The position numbers and the translations under genes are program-made. A DNA stretch of 56,369 nucleotides, counting the filler, from Jimgerdemannia flammicorona (taxonomy: Eukaryota), in the NCBI GenBank assembly GCA_003990765.1. It is 3 parts of 3 records of this genome, joined end to end, with 100 filler letters (N's around TTAATTAATTAA, not from the genome) between each part and the next. Parts side by side here need not be neighbours in the genome. Positions count along the whole stretch, not along the records: positions 37,648 to 56,369 come from RBNJ01002127.1; 2 more parts are not named here. One strand, written 5' to 3'. Of the stretch, positions 50,379 through 56,369 are shown in pieces; position 1 is the first letter of the stretch; each line of letters starts with the position of its first letter. The notes under the pieces are model-generated. The model did no database searches, was not told the origin of the DNA, and saw only the letters and a list, made by a program, of their open reading frames with translations.

Positions 50379-53300
50379 TATAAGCGCACAACCTCCAAGC
50401 CACCAAAATTGCATAGCATCCTCAGAACTAATTTGGAAACCACATGTGAGACTACAAAACAAGAGATCATCTGGTTACACGAAATATACCAGCAAGCATG
50501 AGAACTCACCACCAAGATACAAGAATACTAGAAGAAGTACTACAACCATAAGACTGACTCTAAACTGCTATAACTAGTTTGGTATACTGTATTATTATAA
50601 AAGGAAACCAAAAGTACCAAACTCAAATTGAGATAAGAAGAACCCTATCTCATCTACCAAAAGGTTTATGAACTGCACTTATCAACTCAAGACCAAGATA
50701 CACTGTGACTATATTAGACCTTATTACTTAGCAGAAGCAAAACACATTTGAATAACTCTGTTCACTCTATCTGTATTATCTCCATTGGAGAGTGACAGAT
50801 GCTTCATCTGAACTCAAGAAAGCTGACAACATTGAAACCAATCTCAAGCTATCTACGTGATAGATATTACTACTAGAAATTGCCTCGGATTACAGAAAAT
50901 ATTATTTCTAAGAGGTTTGAACCCCCAGCCACAATATTGGGAGCCCTCGCCCTAGATGAGAATGGCCAGTCCTTGCAAATGTGCCAGCAGACCAAAAAAA
51001 AAGAGAACCAAGACCTGTTATCCTTGTACAACCACTATCACCAAGGATAGCCTTAATCTTGCAAGAGATAGAAGTGATGACACCTTTGAAACTGATAATA
51101 TCAGAAGTTAGAAAACTGCTCAGACTTTGCCAGCAATGATATCATCAATGGTGATGTCATCAAAGACTACCCAGACAGTACCTAAACCTATAAATAGCCT
51201 AGCAGTCATAGTATAGTTAGATTAGCCTTGTATGATATGACTGTGAACTGACTCAGCAGTCAGATGATCTCTTGATATATCAGATCACACTTGTACTATG
51301 TGACTGCATTCCAACTCAGCAAGGCACTTAGTGCTACATCCATATCTAACATAGCCCAGATAGTCCCTCACTAGTATAAATACCTCCTCCTCCAGACCTC
51401 AGAATCTTAGACTCAAATATACAAGAACATTTCTGAATACTTCTCCACAATATCCCTTCACACAACTACTCCTAGTATAGTAATATTATGAATAGTGAAT
51501 AAACCTATTTAATAACCCACAAATTACTCTTAAGTAAATCTGCTCCCCATTAGGTCCCACTCCTAACCCCATCACGAAATTTCTGAATTGGGTATTGTCT
51601 GCAGCAATATGCTGATTCAACTAAGCTGATCTTAGTTTCTTGAACTTTCTGAAACATGGAAAATCCTGAATATCCAGAACTAGTCTGAAAAAAGACTTTG
51701 GTTGAGATGTCAACCCAATCTTAAAATCAATAAGTATAGAGGACATACTCTATACGAAATTGATCTTGACCATAAGAAAATAGTCTTTCAGAACATCCAG
51801 AACTTCCAGAAAACCCTTCCAGAACTATGTAACAGTTACCCTAAAAAGCAACTCTCTTACAACTTGGTAGCAGCAGTTTACAATCCAATTCTGCTTCAAG
51901 ATGCTTCCTCACCCTGCTACAAACCCCTCTGCAAATTCCTACAAGTTAGTATAAAGCCCAACCTCTGAACTGGAATTTATCCTGAACCATCTGACAATCT
52001 GGAGAGAATTGAACCTGATATACAAGGACAATTTGACCTCCACACCTGCAACAAGTGGGACAAACTTCATTCAAAAAAAGAAGTACTCTAGTTAAATCAG
52101 CAAATAGGTGAAACCCTATTTGCCGAACTCCTTGCACTACACCCAGCAAGTCAAGACGAAGAAGGTCTTATTGAAGCCTTCTTTACTCTTCTCAATAAGA
52201 GTTTTGTCAGCTCCATAAATTTGAGCGACCTAGGACAACTAGCAGCAGTCTTTCTAGCCTTAGTTCCTCATGAAGCCCAAGCCTCTGTAGCTAAGTGACT
52301 CAACTCTACTGACTTTCACTGTACCAGGACCAAGACCACATTATACTATCGATTCCAGAATAGCAAAGCCTGCCATATTCTTAAAGAAGAAGTAAGAGAA
52401 ACCCTTCATCAACTACCTGACCCCAAACCTGAAGCAGGCTCTGCTACAGTCCTACCTGAATCTGAAATCAATACTAAACCTGAACTTGACTTTGAATTAA
52501 GTCCATCTGAAATCAGATATACAACTGATTCTATCTACTTTGATACTGAGCAAACCCAATTACACGGAGACCAAACCAAAAAAGAGGAGGGGTATCTCAG
52601 TAAATTCGATCTTGGATATACTACCAAAGGAGACACACTTCCATCAGGACAGAATATACCTACACAGCAACAAATAGCTATCTATCAAACCTTTACTCCA
52701 GATCCACAACTACTACTCCAGCAACTTACACAGACCCAAAGAACCCCATCACACTCTGTATCAGTACCTCAAGTAGTACCAGTAACACCACTACCAGCAG
52801 TCCAACCACCTCCAGTAAACAATATAGTGAACCAACAGATTCTAGACCTCACAGCCCAAGTAGCCATAATGGCAGCAACTATTACTGCATTAGCTGAACA
52901 GACCTGACCTACCAAAAATCTGAGCCTACCTACCTTCAACAGTACTGCACAAGAAGTCCAAAGCTTCATTAGTATAGTTGACACTAACTTCGAAGCCAAT
53001 CAATGGACTAATTAGCGAGTTGCTGACCACGTTTTGACAAACAATTAAGACCATACTCTGGAACAACTCTTTGCTACCACTATAGCCTATGTCTGCTGAG
53101 TTGTTATATTCTTCCGAGGACCTGCCAAAGAATGGTGGCAAACCCTTCCTGAAAAACCCCTCACATGGGATACTCAACCTGCAGTAGTTGTGCAGAATAC
53201 AGCAAACAATGCCCCAGGATATGGAGCCCATCCTGCAGCCCCTGGACTCAAACAACTCATGATTGCTCAATACCACAGTGAAACCATGATTGCTGAATCT

Positions 53301-56300
53301 TGAGTAAAACTCTGCAACCTCAAATTTGATATACATGGCAAAGAAGAATTCGAAACCTTCTGTACAAAACTCGAGTCACTCCTGAACACTGTTGGCCTAG
53401 GATATATTGCCAATGATGAAGCATGAAATGATACAAGAGTAGACCATTTATTCGATGCTCTGCCTGAATGGCTTACTAGAAAAATCTGAGAACAAGGCCG
53501 CCCAGTTGGTTGTAATCACCAACAATGGTACCTGGCAAGAATCAAGACTATGGTCAAGTGAATCCTAACAGCTGGACCAATTCTGCCCTGAAGACAATTC
53601 AACAATAAGGAAAAAACTTGGACCAAGAAAGAAGAACCCAAGCATAAAGCATCCTGAGCTCCCTCCACATCCACCTCTTAGATACCCAGAAATCATGAAC
53701 CCACCCAACCGAGTACTTTCAAGAAACTCACTGAAGGTAAAAGGAATGAACTTCGAAGAAGCAGAGCATACTTCTATTGCCAAAAGACAGGACACATGGC
53801 CAGTGCCTGCCCTAACTGAAAACCCTGAACAGCAACATGAGCAACTGTTACCACTCTGTACTACCTCAACAATCTGACCACCAGAACATTAGACTTTGTC
53901 AAGTTAAGACAAACTGCTAAGGCCCCAACCAAAGGAAGTCAAAAAGCAGCTGGATATGACCTGTATGCAGTCGAAGAAGCTACAGTTTCCAACCGAGAAG
54001 TCAAGCAAGTCTATACAGGAATCAGTATTCAAATCCCTGAAGGACATATTGGAAGAATATGCTATCACAGCAGCCTAGCACTGAAAGAACTCTCAGTAGA
54101 AAGAGGAGTCATTGATGAGGATTATACAGGCAAAATTATTGTCCTCATTCGAAACCATAGTTGGACACCCTTCAAGATCCCTATAGGTTTCTGCATCACC
54201 CAGATCCTATTTGAAAAAATCGAGTCAACCTTGATAGTCAAGGAAGTCCCTGAACTACTACCTACTATCTGAGGATCTAAAGGATTTGGCTCATCAAACA
54301 AGGCCCCAGCCTAACCTACCATGAACAAAGAAGAACAATTCTACCAGAAGATTGAAGACAGATATGTACCAAGTGGCTGATGCCCTTATAGTATTGGAAT
54401 GTACTCTTCCTGAATGATTGATGATTACTTCTCTTGTGTCAATGAACTGGCTTAAAGAAGAACCAACAGAAGGAAAGCTCAAATAACCAAAATCACCACC
54501 ATTGGATCAGATAAACTGCTTATACTTAAAGCTTTTGTCAACTGAGCATCTGTTAAGATTATGATAGATAGTGGTACCTCAGGCAACTTTATCAATGAAG
54601 AGACAGCCAACAGACTTAAGGTCTTCACCTCTCCAGTACAACAAACTCAAGCAGTCATCATAGCTGATGGAACCTCACATGTTATTAGCAAGAAAGTCTG
54701 CAACCTATCCTTCCGAATTAGAGACTACTGAGTACATATTACCCTCCAAATTATACCACTTCCTGATAATGAAATCATCCTTGGAACTCCATGGTTGAAA
54801 CAATAGAACCCCATGATCGATTGGATAAACCATTCTCTGACCATCAAGAAAGGATGCCACAACTTCAAACTGTAAGGTGAAAAGGACCCACTCAACTCTA
54901 GTGACTCTGGACTAAAGATCACCCACATCAACAAGCTATAACTCAAGAAATTGGCCAAGAAATGCCCTCTCTTCACCATCTCCATCCGCCCATCCAAAGG
55001 AGAACCTGAGAACTCTGAAGAAGACTTTTCCAAAGTTGACAGCTATGTCAGACCACTACTCCAGAAGGTCCAAGATACATTTCTGAACCAAACCACAGAA
55101 CCACCTATATCTGTCATTATTAATGACCAAGAAGAATACAAAGTTGAACAAATCCTCAATAAATATAGCTATAAGAACCATCCAAATGGTACAACAACAC
55201 CAGAACAAATTAGAAGGCTCTGACGAGGACGTCGAAAGCTAAGAAGGGGAGAGTTGTAAGCGCACAACCTCCAAGCCACTAAAATCACATGGCATCCTCA
55301 GAACTAATTTGGAAACTACATGGGAGACTATAAAACAAGAGATCATATGGTTATATGAAATATGCCAGCAAGCATGAGAACCCATTGCCAAGATACAAGA
55401 ATACTAGAAGAAGTACTACAACCATAAGACTGACTCTGAACCACTATAACTAGTTTGGTGTACTGTACTATTACAAAAGGAAACCAAAAGTATCAAACTC
55501 AAATTGAGACAAGAAGAACCTTATCTCATCTACCAAAAGGTTCATGAACTGCACTTATCAACTCAAGACCAAGATATACTGTGACTATATAAGACCTCAT
55601 TACTTAGTAGAAGCAAAATACATTTGAACAACTCTATTTGCTCTATCTGTGTTACCTCTATTGGAGAGTGACAGATGCTTCATCTGAATTCAAGAAAGCC
55701 GACAATGTCGAAACCAATCTCAAGCCATCCATATGACAGATATTACTACTAGAAATAGATTATAGAAAATATCATTTCTGAGAGATTTGAATCTCCAGCC
55801 ATGATATTAGGAGCCCTTGCCCTAGATGAGAATGGCCAGTCCTCACAAATGTGCCAGCAGACCAAAAAAAAAGAGAACCAAGACCTGTTATCCTTGTACA
55901 ACCACTGCTACCAAGAATAGCCTTAATCTTGTAAGAGATAGAAGTGATGACACCTTTGAAACTAATGATATCAGAAGTCAGAAAACTGCTCAGACTTTGC
56001 CAGCAATGATATCATCAATAGTGATGTCATTGAAGACTACCCAGACAGTGCCTAAATCTATAAATAGCCTAGCAGTCATAGTATTGTTAGATTAGCCTTA
56101 TACGACATGACTGTGAACTGACTCAGCAGTCAGACAACCTCTTGATATGTTAGATCACACTTATACTACGTGACTGTATTTCAACTCAGCAAGGCACTTA
56201 GTGCTACATCCATATCTAGCATAGCCCAGATAGTCCCTCACTAGTATAAATACCCCCTCCCCCAGACCTCAGAATCTTAGACTCAAATATACAAGAATAT

Positions 56301-56342
56301 TCCCAAACACTTCCCCACAATATCCCTTCACACAAATACTCC
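50379..56342 (+). mobile_element. Internally deleted (non-autonomous) family B element with variant LTRs
   Basis: 5' LTR 50379-51861, PBS at 51865, gag-dUTPase(~53890-54296)-protease, no RT/RNaseH/IN, chromodomain remnant, PPT, 3' LTR from 55255 cut by poly(T) at 56343. Confidence 0.9.
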
Positions 56343-56369
56343 TTTTTTTTTTTTTTTTTTTTTTTTTTT

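Overview
Eukaryotic, repeat-rich DNA, most likely from an early-diverging fungus (Mucoromycota-like; inferred from intron style, gene families and TE content). It is not one locus: two 100-bp N/TTAATTAATTAA spacers join three separate contigs of 18,724, 18,723 and 18,722 bp. Contig 1 holds a decayed Kolobok/MULE-like transposase, tandem repeats and a BRCT gene with a palindromic hAT MITE in its intron. It also holds the highlight, a 9.26-kb Sola-like DNA transposon (8584-17843; 46-bp TIRs, ATAT TSD). This element carries an intact 8-exon nuclease-fold (Crinkler-REase-like) gene, an F-box/ankyrin fragment, its own decayed transposase and a ~555-codon gene that reads sensibly only with TGA=Trp (19 in-frame TGA). 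That gene looks like a Mollicutes-related endobacterial gene inside a fungal transposon. Contigs 2 and 3 are nested retroelements: L1/Tx1-like LINEs, two Ty3/gypsy families with dUTPase at different positions, and one family whose ~1.5-1.65-kb LTR encodes a protein with an exchangeable N-terminal portion. Repeats show heavy C-to-T decay. All family assignments are from motif recognition, not database searches.
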